The notes: a model not told the origin generated them from the letters alone. A stretch of 64,000 nucleotides of DNA from Eledone cirrhosa (GCA_964016885.1 OZ024742.1:247938001-248002000); one strand, 5' to 3'; positions 41,984 to 57,434 are shown, counted from the first letter of the stretch. Made by a program: numbers and translations.

Positions 41984-42062
41984 CATTACCCGGTGATATA
42001 AGTGATATTCAACATTATATCCAGTATTTTTATAATCATATATCTACGTTTGTCAATTCAAT
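41778..42062. repeat. Perfect ~83-bp inverted duplication centred on (TA)n
   Basis: 41778-41860 is the reverse complement of 41980-42062. A ~25-nt insert lies in the central (TA)n. Confidence 0.92.
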
Positions 42063-44079
42063 ATAAACACAACCCTCTTTTATATCTAGATATCTGTCTC
42101 ATATCTCAACTTTGACTTCAATTCGTCAGTATTTACCGTAGTTCAGCCGTTAACCAAACAGATATAAGATCAAAGGTATTTGTGCTGTGGCCAGTGTTTT
42201 TTTTTTTTTATTTCATTATTTTCCTAAACATATTGTTTCCCGAACAACACTATACAACACCTCTCATTTTTCTTTTATGATTTGCTTTCGTAAGTTTATA
42301 CTGAATTATTTGTTGATGATATTGTTATTGCTGTTGACTTATTTTTTTATCTAGCCCTAAATCAGCCCTGATGAAGCAGGCCTCAGATCAAATATATTCT
42401 AGCAGTGACCGCTCCTTGTTTTTCTTTTTCTCTTTCATCTACATTATATCTATGCATGTAATATCCAATTTTTTCTTCCATTTTTCTAAGAATAAACAGT
42501 TTTTTACGGAGGTTGTAGTGTTATATCTACTAGGCGTGTGACTTCGAAAAGGTAACATGCTGTTTTGGCATTGTCGTAGAGCAAATGAAATTGCAATCTG
42601 TGTCTCGAACCCTGGCCAAATCTTTCCGAAATCCCACCTTAATTATAAAAAAAGTTTACATCAAAACCTTGTGAAACCATATCTCCTTTTATAATACAAG
42701 AATTTTGATATTAAAGTTTTATATTTATCTAAAACGAAAAAAAAAAAAAAATGTCAACTTCTTTATGAATAAATTCCTGATTAATTTCTAATTGATATGA
42801 AAATTATAGTTAATCGTTTTTATTGAAATATGTTAAGGAATGTGTAAAAGAATGTAATAGATACATAATATCATGAAAATGAGATAAGATGGTCCGGTTG
42901 GGTTGTTTTACTTATTGGCATGATTGATTGAAGCTGTGACAGGTGCTAAAGAGCAGAACTGGTGACATCATTTGATATAGAAAACAAAAGGAAACTTTTG
43001 ACATCAAGCTGCAAGCTATTCCATGCAATGTTCCTACATTAAAAAAATGGTATCCTCGATATAGTGTATAACCCAACAAGACAGGATGATCGTGGCTGGG
43101 ATAACGTTTCTTATTAGTACAACTCATCACAGGTGACCTGGTGTTAAACAAAAAAAATCAACAACAACAGTGGATAAAATAATGGAAACTTTTGACCTGA
43201 AGCTGCTGCAAGTTATTCCATATTCAGCGTGTCTTGTGATTGCTATTACAGTATGGAAGGAGAGAGAAATTGTCCAATAAATTAGATAATAGAAGCATCT
43301 ATTGACATCTTCATTACCAGCTGAAGATGTAGAAAGCCAGCAGAAAACGTGCAGTGAATAGACAAAATATGCAATAAAGACATCTTTCAAAATGTCAGCC
43401 AAGATCACATGCCCACAAACTATTGGCTGCTGACAATTGCCGCTCCATGAACATACACTGTTTGATGGGAACATCATCCCAATATTCCATCATTCCATCA
43501 TACCACTATTCTAATATTCCATCATTCCTCCATTCTAGCATTTCAGCATTCTAACATTCTATCTTTCCGCCAGTAACGCATTCTTTCATTGCAACATTCT
43601 ACCATTCCAGCATTCCAATTTCCAACACTCCACCATTCCACCAATCTACAGTTCCACCAATCCATCTATCGAACAATCCGCCATTCTACTAATATAGCAT
43701 TCTGAAAATCAAAATTCCATAATTAACTATCCTATCATTCCACAATTCCACCATATTAATATTCCAGCATTCCAGCATTCCACCATTTCCCCATTCCAGC
43801 ATTCCATCATTCCAACATACGATGATTCAACCATTTCATCATTTCATTATGCCACCAATCCACCGATCCACCATAACACCATTTTGTAAAATTCTTATTT
43901 TACAGAACATTACATATTGACGCATTAAATGCTGCAAGAGATTTTACTTCAAATTACCTTTTTTGTCTTTCCATACACAGCCACCCAACCTTCATACCGT
44001 AGCTTATTGTCATGATTCATTCATCAGGTGTCCTTGTGGCGAATAAAGGAACTCATTGTTATAAAGATATATGTATGTA

Positions 44080-44206
<127 letters not shown>

Positions 44207-44226
44207 GTATATATATATAAATACAC

Positions 44227-44258
<32 letters not shown>

Positions 44259-44274
44259 TTATATATACGTATAA

Positions 44275-44340
<66 letters not shown>

Positions 44341-45847
44341 CTTTATATCTTCCTGTTTATCGCTCATTGTGTATCAGTCTCTCTCACTCTCACTTGCGCA
44401 TCTTTCTATATGTTTCTTCTCTACTCTCCAATTTTTCACTTCTTCTCACTCCATTTTACCCTCTATTCCTCCTCATCTAAAGTGTACATTAATTTTAGTT
44501 CAAGATATTTACAGGAATCCTCCAATACCTTTGGACATTGAAGGTTAAAGTGAATTTATTTAGTTCAGAATGGATATAATTCTTCTTCCGATTTATGTTC
44601 ATGTCATCTAAAGAAATATAGAAGGATTCTTAGACACTAAATTCCTAATTTTATTCAACAGGTTTTGATGTAAAGCTTTTGATGTCAAGATTTTATTTTA
44701 ATTTTATAGAGTTGAACGTATTCAAATATGATTTAAGAAATATAAAAAATTAAATAGAAATAAAAAAAAAATAACGATAGAGGAATCTCGATAAGAAAAT
44801 GAATTGTTTGAAATTTAGAAATAAAAATCATAAATTGTCCTTTTCTTCCCTTCAAGCTACAATTTCAAATGAACTATGAAGCTGAATAACAATAACGTTT
44901 TAAACATCAGTATCACAATGATAACTATAAATAATAGCAACAACAACATTAACGAAAATAACAGCAACAGCAATAGCAATAGCAACAACCACAACAACAA
45001 CAGCAATAACAACAATAGCAATAAGAACAGTAACAACAACTGAATATCTACATGAATAATAATAACGTTTTAAACATCACTATCACTACGATAACACTAA
45101 ATAATAGCAACAACAACATTAACGAAAACAAAATCAACAGCAACATCAATGGCAACAACCACAACAGCAACAGCTATAACAACAATGGCAGCAAAAACAG
45201 TAATATCAACGACAGCAACATAAATAACAACAATGGTAACAACACCGCCAATAACAACAGCAAACCTGCATCAACAATAACGGCAGTAAACAACAACAAC
45301 GACAACGACAACAACAACGGCAACAACAGCAACAACAACGACGACGACAACAGCAACAACAACAACAACAACAAACCCAGCAAGAGTAGTTACAACAATA
45401 AGTGCAAAAATAGAGAAAAAAAACGGTTGCAATAACAGTTACAAAAACTAAAACAACAACAGCTATAACTGCTACAACAACACTAACAACAACGACAACA
45501 ACAACACCAGCAGCACCCATGACAATAAAAGCCATAACAACACCAACAACAATATTAACAACAACCGTAACAGCAACAACTGGTACAAATGCTAGAACAA
45601 CAACAGCAATAAACATAACACAGTTATAATAATTTCTTTCTTACATAACGACCAAAGTTTTATGTTTCCTGGAAATGGTAAAATAATTTTATGAAATTCC
45701 TTCTAATCAAATTTGATGGAAGATGCCAAAACGTTTGTATTTGATGTTTTGTGGGATTAAACCTTACCAATGGAGGAAGATTCTGCTGTTACATACAACG
45801 AACAAAACTTTATCAGAAAAAAAAATCAAGGCTAGTAGTAGTGAAAA

Positions 45848-45953
<106 letters not shown>

Positions 45954-46138
45954 CATAGCAACAAGAACAATGATAATGATATTGATTTCTTTTATTTGCC
46001 ACAAGAATGAAATAGACATTTCAAAGACAAGTTACAACATTAAGTTGGAGGTTAACATAGATATAAGAAAATGGGTAACAAGTACACATAGTATAGAAGT
46101 TAGATATACATTGTATATACTTATCCAGCCCTCCATGT

Positions 46139-46440
46139 GAAGGTGCATAGCTGAATAGGTTTAGCTGTGAGCTTACAAACTTGAAGTTCTGAGCTCGATT
46201 CACGAATCTGTGTTGTGCCTTGAGCAAGGCACTTTATTTCGTGTTGCTCCAGTTCACTTAGTTATAGAAATGAGTTTCGACGTCACTGGTGCCAAAGTGT
46301 ATGGGTTTTTATTTTATCTTTCCCTTGGATGACATCGATGATGTGAAGAAGGAAGACTGGTATGCATAGGCGACTGCTTGCTCGCGCTTGTGCCTCGGAG
46401 GGGGAACTTTTTAGTTGCAAATCTCCGAAGTGGGTCGTTA
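46139..46440 (+). mobile_element. CORE-type tRNA-SINE, diverged
   Basis: gagctcgattc B-box remnant, then gttgtgccttgagcaaggcactttatttcgtgttgctccagttcact. Confidence 0.7.
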
Positions 46441-47676
46441 TCTATTTTCACCTATTCACTTCTCCTAGTACAGAGAGCTGATTATCTAATTCTAACTGAG
46501 GAAACCCAGAGTTCCACAATCATGCTATTTTCACTCAATTAATAATAAATTTATTGGAGGAGAGCACATCCTTCTCCATCATTATCTCTTGACAGAGGCA
46601 TAAAATATAGAACATAAAAAGGAATTTTAAGTAATGGTGGTTGAAGGAAACAATTTTATAATAACATGAGACAGAGAATGCTGAATACATAGAATATTAA
46701 TATGGTTATATTTGTTGTAAGGAGAGAAGAAAAACTAGGTGTTCGCATTGTTTGCATCATAAGAGACCGTTCCTGTCCATCTGACAACCCATACCACATG
46801 ACACCCCACATCAGACCTACTAAATCCTCATTGACCCTATTCTTCTCGATCACATATCCACGCACAACTAACTAAAAGCATCACATCCATATACACACAG
46901 ATTGTTGAACAAAATCACGTTGCACAGTAGCTAGCACGCATACAATAAAACATTCCTTTTTGCATGTTCAGAGATTAATTATTGGGAAAATTTCAGAAGA
47001 CACTTAAATATTAGCATAATAACTTGCACATTTGTAAATACGTCCCATCCTGAATTAGTTCCCTTGGCGCCTCAAGGGTGAACAATCTACGATCTGAGTT
47101 TGTAACGAAATCCTTTAAAGTGTTCAGGTTTGTAGATAATTAGCTCACACCTCAAGTCACACGCAAATTACACATTCAGACAGATTAGCTTATAAATTAA
47201 ATCAAGCACATATTATACATTGTACGATTCAAAATTTCTAGCCCCGAGAAATTCGAAACTCGGTAACTGCCTCCATTATTCTTGAAAAGATGCTCTCCAC
47301 TTTATTAAAAACACATTTAGTTAACGGTTTTTTTTTTTTAGTAATTTTCTCCTGGCGCCTGATGAGCAGCCGGTACCGAAACGGCCCCTCCATTATACAA
47401 TGGTGGCTTAAACTGAATCCCGATAACTAAGGACATGCAGGTTAAGTGTATACAATTTTATTTATACTGTATAAGGTTTCTTGCAATACATTAACCATTG
47501 TTTCCCCTGGCTTTTAATCTACGAATATCTTGCACATACACACACACATATATATATAAAAGAAATATGTTTTTGTGCGTTCCTCTATCTATATAACACT
47601 CCTCCTGGTGGACAGAAGTCTGTATGTGTTGATCTATGTGTACGTGTAGTTATATGAATATGAATTTACGTATTCA

Positions 47677-47816
<140 letters not shown>

Positions 47817-48360
47817 TGGGTTTATCGATTTCTATAGATAAACTAAAAAGGGAGCACGCCTGAATCAATTGGTCAGCAATCTAATGAAGCCAAATAAATG
47901 GTTAATGCAAATAGTCTAAAAATTAAGATAGTGGAGTGATATGGAAATAGTTCCCATGTATACTATATTTTGCTATTGCTAAAATAGCTGTCTTAAATAG
48001 ACGTCGGCAGAACCGAAGAAGTCTGTAAATACATTGAGGCATTAACGTCCACATACATGGTCTTAGATACACATAGGCACATAAACACACAGAATTATAT
48101 ATCTATATGCATATATATATATATATACTACGGTTACGTACGGAAGAAACATTGTAAGCCAATAAAAATCTGTTGATGTTGTAGACGCTCTTGTGTTCTT
48201 TATCATATATATATATATATATGTATTAAGTTGTTAAACAATATTCGATGATTATGTCAAAGAATGAGCTTTACAGTAGATTGGAAGCACTCAATTACTA
48301 CTCACTACCTTGATTAAATCTTAACCATTTAATATCTCAGGGTATCTCATGTATCATTAT

Positions 48361-48413
48361 ATTTTGTCTGATGAGGACGTACTGTTGTACATCCGAAATA
48401 TGTATAATAAAAT
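48361..48413 (+). ncRNA. Minimal type-I hammerhead ribozyme
   Basis: ATTTTGT-CTGATGA-GGAcGTAC tgtt GTACaTCC-GAAA-TATGTA-TA-ATAAAAT. (TA)n starts 37 nt downstream. Same family as 61343 and 61512. Confidence 0.85.
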
Positions 48414-48448
48414 GTAATTAATCAAAAGAACATCTATTCTATTAATAG

Positions 48449-48494
<46 letters not shown>

Positions 48495-48934
48495 GTGTGT
48501 GTGTGTGTGTGTGTGTGTGTTTTACATACCTTCCACACCTCGGTATTAAGGAATTGTTACTGTTTCCCTTCTAACGCTATCAATTGTGTTAAAGTTATGT
48601 TTGAATAAGGAAAATTTCATACTTACTGTCTGAAGTAATTTCTATTTGGGATCCTTATTCTCATGAACAAAGCACAAGAGCAAATATTTGATCCAATATA
48701 CATGTATGTACGCATTTCATGAAGGTTGTCTGCTCAATACAAAGCTTGACCACACCAATGTACATGGGGTTCAGTTCTGCCAGGAAACCCCATGTGGCTT
48801 CGTAGACCCGATATATACTTAGAATGCACTTTAGTTTCGGTGTAGCTTCAATTGCCTAAGTTGTCTAATCTTGATGAACCTTGAAATGCCTTTTTAGACA
48901 CCTTTTAGATTTCCATGTTTTGTGATATATGTAT

Positions 48935-48988
<54 letters not shown>

Positions 48989-49000
48989 ACACAAACACAA

Positions 49001-49096
<96 letters not shown>

Positions 49097-49559
49097 GTGT
49101 GTGTGTGTGTGTGAGTGTCAGTGCCTGGGTGTGTGTGTGTATGTCTGTGTGTCTATGTGTATAGAAGTACCAGTCGGGTTTTCTACTAGCTGAAATACTG
49201 TGAAGACTTGCCTGGAATCTCCCAGGTGGAATACCCCGCTAATGGCGGCTGAATTTCTATATAGTTTACTTGATTATCGATTGCTCAGCTAGGGGTGCAA
49301 GCACTGGAAACTGGGACAACTGTTTTTCAATGTTCACCTTTCAGCCCAACCACCAATTCTGCGTCCTAAATTGATGTTTGCATAGCCCCGCAAGTGGGAC
49401 TGCCAGGTACTATGCCTTGCCAAAGGGCAACCCGAGACTGCTTTTTCAATGTATTCGTAGCTAACTTTCTTATCTGAAGGTCGTTCCTCTACCCACCACC
49501 TTAGGTTATAGAAGTTGTCTTCTCCACAAAAACAGGTGGCGAATAAATCGCCTTAAGGC

Positions 49560-49821
49560 AATCTTCTTCGCATTTCTGACATCAATAGGCACAGGCGTGT
49601 CGCATTAGCCGTACTTGTGAAACGTCACAATGAACTTGCTGGCAGAGTTCTTTTCTGGAAACCTGATTTGTGCAGACGATTTGGGACACCAACTACCACG
49701 TGGGAGGTTTATGTTGAGGATGACACCAGATTGGAAGCATGGGGAAATTCAGATGGCAATGATAGACTGGCTGAGCTGGAGGAGGGACTTCGTTATGGCA
49801 ACGGTAATGGATGTATGGAAT
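49560..49821 (+). pseudogene. RTE-like LINE 3' remnant
   Basis: RHNELAGRVLFWKP..RRFGTPTTTW..DDT, then EIQMAMIDWLSWRR in another frame, resembling an RTE C-terminus. Confidence 0.55.
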
Positions 49822-50849
49822 AAGATAATAGATAAATGTATATATATATATATATATATATACATATATAAATGTATTTGACTGTGTAATATATATCCCT
49901 AATATTTTACACCATTGTGTATCGTTTGGTGTATATTTTGGCTGCTATTTCTAAAATATATAGTATCTAGATGACGACCAGTCATATTATTTATGTGCAT
50001 TGTACATGATATCATCTGACAAAATTGTCAAAATTTTATAGACAAGTTGGCGTTTCATAGACAAGGTGATATTTCATGTATTTCACTATCAAAGATTTAC
50101 TGAATCGGTCATCCTTATGTCTATATTCTTCACTCTCATGCTTTGATTAATAGATGAACAATTATAAACATTAAGCAACCTGTTGGGTAAGACATGTTGT
50201 TTTTTAGTTCATAATGACGTTTTGGATAAGGGCAATTATTTAAGGTCAGAACAGTTAGTATTTGAGTTGAAATATCAATTATTAATTCAAATAATTTGAA
50301 GAAAAAGAAAATTATTGATACTAGATGGGTGAGAAGCAGCGCATGATATAGTTGAATTATTTACATATCAGCAAGAAACATGCTTAATAGGGTGACTGTG
50401 TAAAATAAGTAGAGAAATAATAAGACATATGGATGGTTCTAGAAGCTATCGATAATTAACCAAGCAACTCCTATAAACTAGAAGCTGATATATAATCTTA
50501 TGCAACCAAATGGAAGTGGAAGATCTGTCGGTCAGACAAGAATATAACGTTTATATTTGGCTAACGCTCTTTTCTGCTTTATTTTAAAGATGAAGCTGTG
50601 AAAGAAAAATATATATATGAATATGAAAAATGGTTGTTAAAGATCGTGGCAATTTAGGTTGACAGCTTCTTGAGTAGTTGCCAACTGCTGTGTTATTCGT
50701 TGCCTAATATTTATAGCTCTTCCTGTAAAGGAGTGGCTCCAATACTTTAATGGAAAACTTCGTCTCCTTCTCTTGTGTTTGCCATCAACAAGAAACGCTA
50801 GATCAGATTAAAACCTATAGAACAAATCTCCTTCTTTCAATCTGAAGAG

Positions 50850-50946
50850 AGAAGAAGAAGAAGAAGAAGAAGAAGAAGAAGAAGAAGAAGAAGAAGAAGA
50901 AGAAGAAGAAGAAGAAGAAGAAGAAGAAGAAGAAGAAGAAGAAGAA
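50850..50946. repeat. (GAA)n microsatellite
   Basis: Direct reading. Confidence 0.95.
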
Positions 50947-51058
50947 AGCATTATATTAAAAATATTGCTATTTTAGTCGCTACCTAAATAACTCTTTACC
51001 ATTGTCTTTCTCCATGGTGTGTAGAATGTCTATATTTTACAATATATATATATATATG

Positions 51059-51134
<76 letters not shown>

Positions 51135-51469
51135 GCGTGTGTGTGTGTTCCTCTACACACACACGTACGCAGCAATAAATAGTAGAGTTGCACACCGAAC
51201 GTGGGACGATTACACGAAAGCATCTAATGTTCTCATCACCAACTCCTAGGCTTTGCAAATTCGTGCAAAAAGTGGTATTGCATAATAATGAGACTAGGTG
51301 GCACGATGTTTGAGAAAACCGCCGGAAAGTGGCTCATGCGATTCCACAGTAACATAGAGACAAGGGACAAAAAATGAGTGCCTTTTGCCTAGCACCGCAA
51401 ATCGAGCACAAGATCAAATAACAATAACATCTTGTACCATTTGAAATAGGAGAGGAGAGAGTGCAGACG

Positions 51470-51582
51470 ACTCGAGCAAATGGAATCGCTGAAAGGAGGG
51501 AAATATAAACAGATTATCACCAATGAAGTAGGGGCAGGACATGTGTGGGTGGCCAAATCAATTTTGTGAATAAAGTAATATT

Positions 51583-51677
<95 letters not shown>

Positions 51678-51681
51678 CTTT

Positions 51682-51713
<32 letters not shown>

Positions 51714-51760
51714 TAATAATAATAAATATATATATAGTAATAATAATAAATTTATTATTA

Positions 51761-51797
<37 letters not shown>

Positions 51798-51820
51798 GTA
51801 TATATATAAAGAGAAAGAGC

Positions 51821-51863
<43 letters not shown>

Positions 51864-51977
51864 CAATATTACTTTATTCACAAAATTGATTTGGCCACCC
51901 ACACATATCCTGCCCCTACTTCATTGGTGATAATCTGTTTATATTTCCCTCCTTTCAGCGATTCCATTTGCTCGAGT
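51470..51977. repeat. Inverted duplication of flank + (CT)n centred on a TA-rich tract
   Basis: 51470-51600 is the reverse complement of ~51855-51977, with (CT)n mirrored by (GA)n. The outer right end is followed by TA repeats. Confidence 0.92.
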
Positions 51978-52147
51978 ATATATATATGGGATAACAAGTT
52001 ATCGTTATAGGTGATCCAGTTAGAGGTTATGAATACACGGCGTCGTGGATAGTTTTAACGTACGGCTTTGTTTGACTCAACAAGATGTTTCCATAATTAT
52101 GCAGCGAGATCGCGGTAATTTGTATGCAGGTTATACCTGGAGTAATA

Positions 52148-52312
52148 ATAGTTAAAGAAAGAAGAGTAGTATGGTTGGCTGTACAATAAGGGCTTTATTT
52201 AAAGTACTGACAATTGTTTCGTTGACGCTCCTGATCAATGAAACGACTGTTAGTACTTTAAATAAAGCCCTTGTTGTACAGCCAACCATGTTACTCTTTT
52301 TTCTTTAACTAT
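52148..52312. mobile_element. Short fold-back of an HHR 3' half + AATAAA tail
   Basis: Arms 52148-52225 and 52235-52312. Each reads GAAAC-N4-GT(C/T)-AGTACTTTAAATAAAG outward, and the right arm ends at (TA)n. Confidence 0.85.
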
Positions 52313-52559
52313 ATATATATATACATATATATAGGGTTTCGGTACATGTGTATATATGTTTATGTAGTTTATATACTTGTACAAATTACGTAGATATGTA
52401 TGTTTTTACTTACCCACCCCCATATATATACGCTGAGACATAATTTTGGAAGCAAATAAATATGCTTTTAATTACAACATTACTAACTTTATTGACCAGC
52501 AACATATAGGTAATTATGCATTAATATCTTTAGAATATAATGTATAACGTTTATTAAAA

Positions 52560-52845
52560 ATAAACACCTCGTTTAGCAATAACAGCCTCTAACCTCCGTC
52601 GAATATCTTTCACCGAATCATGCAACATTCCTCGGGGAATTTCCTTTAACTGAACGACTGTCTTATAGACCTTTGAACAGGTTTTTTTCCACAAGGATAG
52701 ACCAGACTGAAAAGTGCATAGGGTTCAAATTGGGCGAACAATGTGGCCACATTTCGTTTGAGCAAAACCTTGGAAGATGGTCCTTGTCCCAAGCCTTTTT
52801 GACATTGGCTGTATGGAAGGTAACTCCATTCTGTTGGAAGGTCCA
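52560..52845 (-). pseudogene. Tc1/mariner DD37D (maT-like) transposase remnant
   Basis: WTFQQNGVTFHTA..MWPHCSPNLNPMHFSVWSIL, with 37 residues between the positions of the last two catalytic Asp (both mutated). Ends RLEAVIAKRG. Confidence 0.8.
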
Positions 52846-53723
52846 CAGATAATAATTGCCAAAATGTTTAGTTGCTGAAGAAAGGATGTGTTCCTCTCAA
52901 TCGTTTTAATGAGAGTAAGAATCCGTTTTATTCGCCGACTACCGCTTCTGCGTCTATCATACAAATCTCGCTCTTTAAAAAGCGCTACAGCTTTCCAAAC
53001 ACACGCACCCCCCTCCCCCTCCCCCATATATATATATATATATAATAATAATAATGAAATGATTGTGTAAAGTGCTCAGGTGCACCACAACTCGTCAATA
53101 TAGTACATAGAATAATACACAAATGTCAGGGAAGTACATGTGTGTATAGGGGTCGATAAAACAAAGTACCAGCAATGCACCGGGAAATTGCTGGCCCTGT
53201 GCCGAAAGCAGAAACAACCATTATCATAACAAAACTCCGGATAATCATATACCGTTGAGTACTTGGCATCTGCTCTGTAAATGTCAGCTGATTCTAAATC
53301 AATTGACCCTCTTTAATTAAACTAATATATATAATTGTTTCATATATAATGTGCGTGTGTATATATATATATATAAGAAGACAAAACAAAGGTGAACAAA
53401 TAATAGGATTAAATCTGACCACATCACAACTGCCCCTCCTCCTCCCCCTCCCCTAAACCTCTCCATAACAAGCAACCTACTCAATCTTCTCCCCCAATTA
53501 TCTCCCCTTGTAACATTTCAATATTTTTTTATAAAACAAACTTTTTCTTTTACTTTTCTTAGTATTTCTCATTTTTTTTTCTTTTCCGGAATTTATATAT
53601 ATATATTTATTATATACATTATGTATATATACATATATGTATACATATGTATATATACATACATGTAGATATACATATATGTATATATACATATATCTAT
53701 ATATACACACATGCATATATACA

Positions 53724-53789
<66 letters not shown>

Positions 53790-53951
53790 TTATTTATTTG
53801 TGTTACCACAAGTTTCGTAGACATAACGCAAATCCCCCTACACCTTCAGAACATTTTTTTCTAATTTAAAAACACCTGAAGGAAGATGTCTATGAAACGC
53901 ATGATAGTTCAGTTGCGTAAATAAGTAAGACTTTTAATATATAAACACACA

Positions 53952-54005
<54 letters not shown>

Positions 54006-55080
54006 TAGTCTCAACTTCTTCATGATGTATTTATCACTCTTTTCTTTCATTTGTACCTTTATATATATATATATATAAGTTTATATACACAATATATATA
54101 ATATATATATATATATACATAATATATATATATATATATATATACACATGTATACAAAATATATATATATTCAATAGAAGCACAAGCGCATGATATATAT
54201 ATATAAGTTAAAACAATGCAATAAAACATCAAGTCATTAGAGATATACTTCACTGCTTTACGATCGTTTCTAGATGGTGATAATACATTGTATCTATACT
54301 CAGTTATATAGCAGATAGAGAGAATATTTACATACATGCATATCACCTGCTGTTTTCAAAATGAAAAATAATTTTATTCAATAATAATTTTACTCAGAAT
54401 TAGTATCATGTCCATATTTGGAGGTAGTTGAAGAACTAACGAATCAAATTGTTTTATCATATGGTGTTAAGATGAAAAGTAATACACTTTAGTTCAGGTC
54501 ATGACCCTTTGAAAGGAATGGTTGAGAGTAGAAATGACATACAAATCTATTAGGAAGGAAGGGGATTGTCAAACTGATAGTTGAATGTATCTTGTATAGT
54601 GAATTTAAAAGGAATGTCAAAATAAATGGTGATTAGTGTTGTATTGAGTTTTAAGGTGAATATAAATTAATGTTATGGTTAGGAAAGATATTATATTAAA
54701 AGATGAAAATTATAATAAGACAATGAGATATAGTAATGCGATAATATACAACTTAACCAACACAATCTAGTACGGTGTGGTAAATTGCACTCAGTATAAT
54801 ATAACATTATATGTTCTAAAATATTACTAAGTATGTTTATGCATAAACAATCAAACTCAGATAAGTACATGTTGGCATAGTTAAAACACATAAATTTCAT
54901 AGTCTACAAAGTGCCTATATTCACACTACATGTAGAGAGAGGTACAGTTATATTGATATCTGACCAATATATACATGCGTGCAAATAGATGCAAACCTAA
55001 ATACACATCCACACGCATGCTTATAATCATATATATACATATCCATACACATCTATACCCCCATATATACATATACACAT

Positions 55081-55135
<55 letters not shown>

Positions 55136-55254
55136 TATACATATATATATACACACACACACATACATACATGCATATATACACATGTAAATACATATAT
55201 ACACACACATACATACATACATACACATATACACACATGTATATGTATATATAC

Positions 55255-55294
<40 letters not shown>

Positions 55295-55304
55295 CCATAT
55301 ACAA

Positions 55305-55342
<38 letters not shown>

Positions 55343-55450
55343 CATACACACACTTGTGTGAGTAAATGTACACTCCTCTTACATGTGCACATACTCATAT
55401 ATAAACATTCATACACCTATACTCACATATACACACACACAAACATACAC

Positions 55451-55507
<57 letters not shown>

Positions 55508-55751
55508 TATATGTATATATAGATATATATACACATACACACACACATACATATATATATATATACACATATATACACATATATATATACACCCATATAT
55601 ATATATACATATACATATATATACATATATATACATACATACATATATACATATATATACATTACATACATACACATACACACATACATACACAAGCATA
55701 TCCTTATATACACATATACACATACATAAACATATATACATACATATATAT

Positions 55752-55910
<159 letters not shown>

Positions 55911-56009
55911 GTTTATGTATGTGTATATATATGTATATGCTTGTGTATGTGTGTATGTGTATATATGTATATGTATATATATATGTATATATGTATGTAT
56001 ATATATGTA

Positions 56010-56078
<69 letters not shown>

Positions 56079-56139
56079 GTGTATATATATATGAATATAT
56101 ATATATATATATGTATGTGTATGTGCATGTGTGTATATA

Positions 56140-56227
<88 letters not shown>

Positions 56228-56339
56228 GGAGGTGAGTTTTATTGTAGTACAATAAAGCAATGCAGATATCGGATAAGAACCACTCTACAGTTTGTAGGTC
56301 TGGAGTATACATAATATATAAGATCAAGACAAATATATT

Positions 56340-56537
56340 AAATATAACATCTCTTGGAAAAAGGTTTCCTCTGCTTCTTCATACTTGAACAGTTCTCTAT
56401 CTAAGACGTGCTATCTCTGTCTAAATGAAACATTTACCATTATTGCTAATTTAGATTCTATAATAAATAGACGCACTGACTTGTTTTCTATCTGCTTGCA
56501 TATATTCCACAGAAATTTACATAAAGTATACAGCTAA
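56340..56537 (+). pseudogene. PLE endonuclease C-terminal remnant (CxxC...CxH type), not in the ORF track
   Basis: Hand translation: [65 protein letters not shown]. Confidence 0.75.
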
Positions 56538-57365
56538 TATGATAAACTTTATCAATTCAGAATCCTTTTTTCAAAGGCACATATATATATATATATATAT
56601 ACTTCTTTAAAAATATAACCATCTTTCTACCTTATTTCAAAGTTATTTATTATATTTATTATATTCTACATCATTCCTAATTTCTAACCCCTAATCTGTA
56701 CCTTTTCTCACTGTGCCTAACATAGAAACAATTATGACACAATACACCATATTCTTACTTCATACCACCTTGAAAAAATCCTTCGTAAACATAAACATTT
56801 TTTGACGTTAGATTATTCATCCTCTATTCATTATTTTTCTACCTTTCATCTAACTCATTCATGCTCATCGCACAATATATCCTTACTTACATACTTCTGT
56901 TTTTTTAATAATACATATCAACATTTTCTTTCCATCGCACATATTATTAAACCCTTAAATATTATTCTTAATACATATTAAACAATTTCTTTTCATCGCA
57001 CATATTATTAATCCCTTCAATATACAAACTTTAACTTTACATTATTTTTCCCTTCGTTAATCTTCAAATTCTTTTAATTTATACATTATCTTCCAACGGT
57101 TATTTCAACCTCTCTATGTAAAACAATATATTTTTCTCAGTTATAAAAGCTATCTCTCTCTCTCTATCACCCATCTCTCCTCCTATCCTTCCTCACTATA
57201 CTTCTCCCCCTCCACTTTTTACTCTCATCTCCTCCTCTTTTTCACCCCCCCCCCCTCAAATTTTTGTTTCCAAATATCACACATCAATCTAAAACTACTT
57301 TTCATATGTTGATTTAAAACTGCACTATCCACAAGTGTTTTTTAAACTTCATATCATGTCCTCCT

Positions 57366-57434
57366 ATTTTATCTGATGAAAACACAAATGTTATTGCATG
57401 ATGATATTCGTTTTTGAAATGCGCATAATAAAAT
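57366..57434 (+). ncRNA. Type-I hammerhead ribozyme
   Basis: ATTTTAT-CTGATGA-long stem II (AAAC..AATGTTAT/ATGATATT..GTTT)-GAAA-TGCGCA-TA-ATAAAAT. Confidence 0.85.

Noticed and set aside
42361-42410. CTGATGA in atcagccctgatgaagcaggcc
   Set aside because: No downstream GAAA/UH. It resembles a dispersed repeat also seen near 34245.
42900-43470. Possible coding or transposase remnant
   Set aside because: Multiple stops and no identifiable domain.
47352-47415. CTGATGAG..CGAAAC with a stem III-like hairpin
   Set aside because: Stem II is weak and there is no 3' stem I partner. At best a degenerate HHR.
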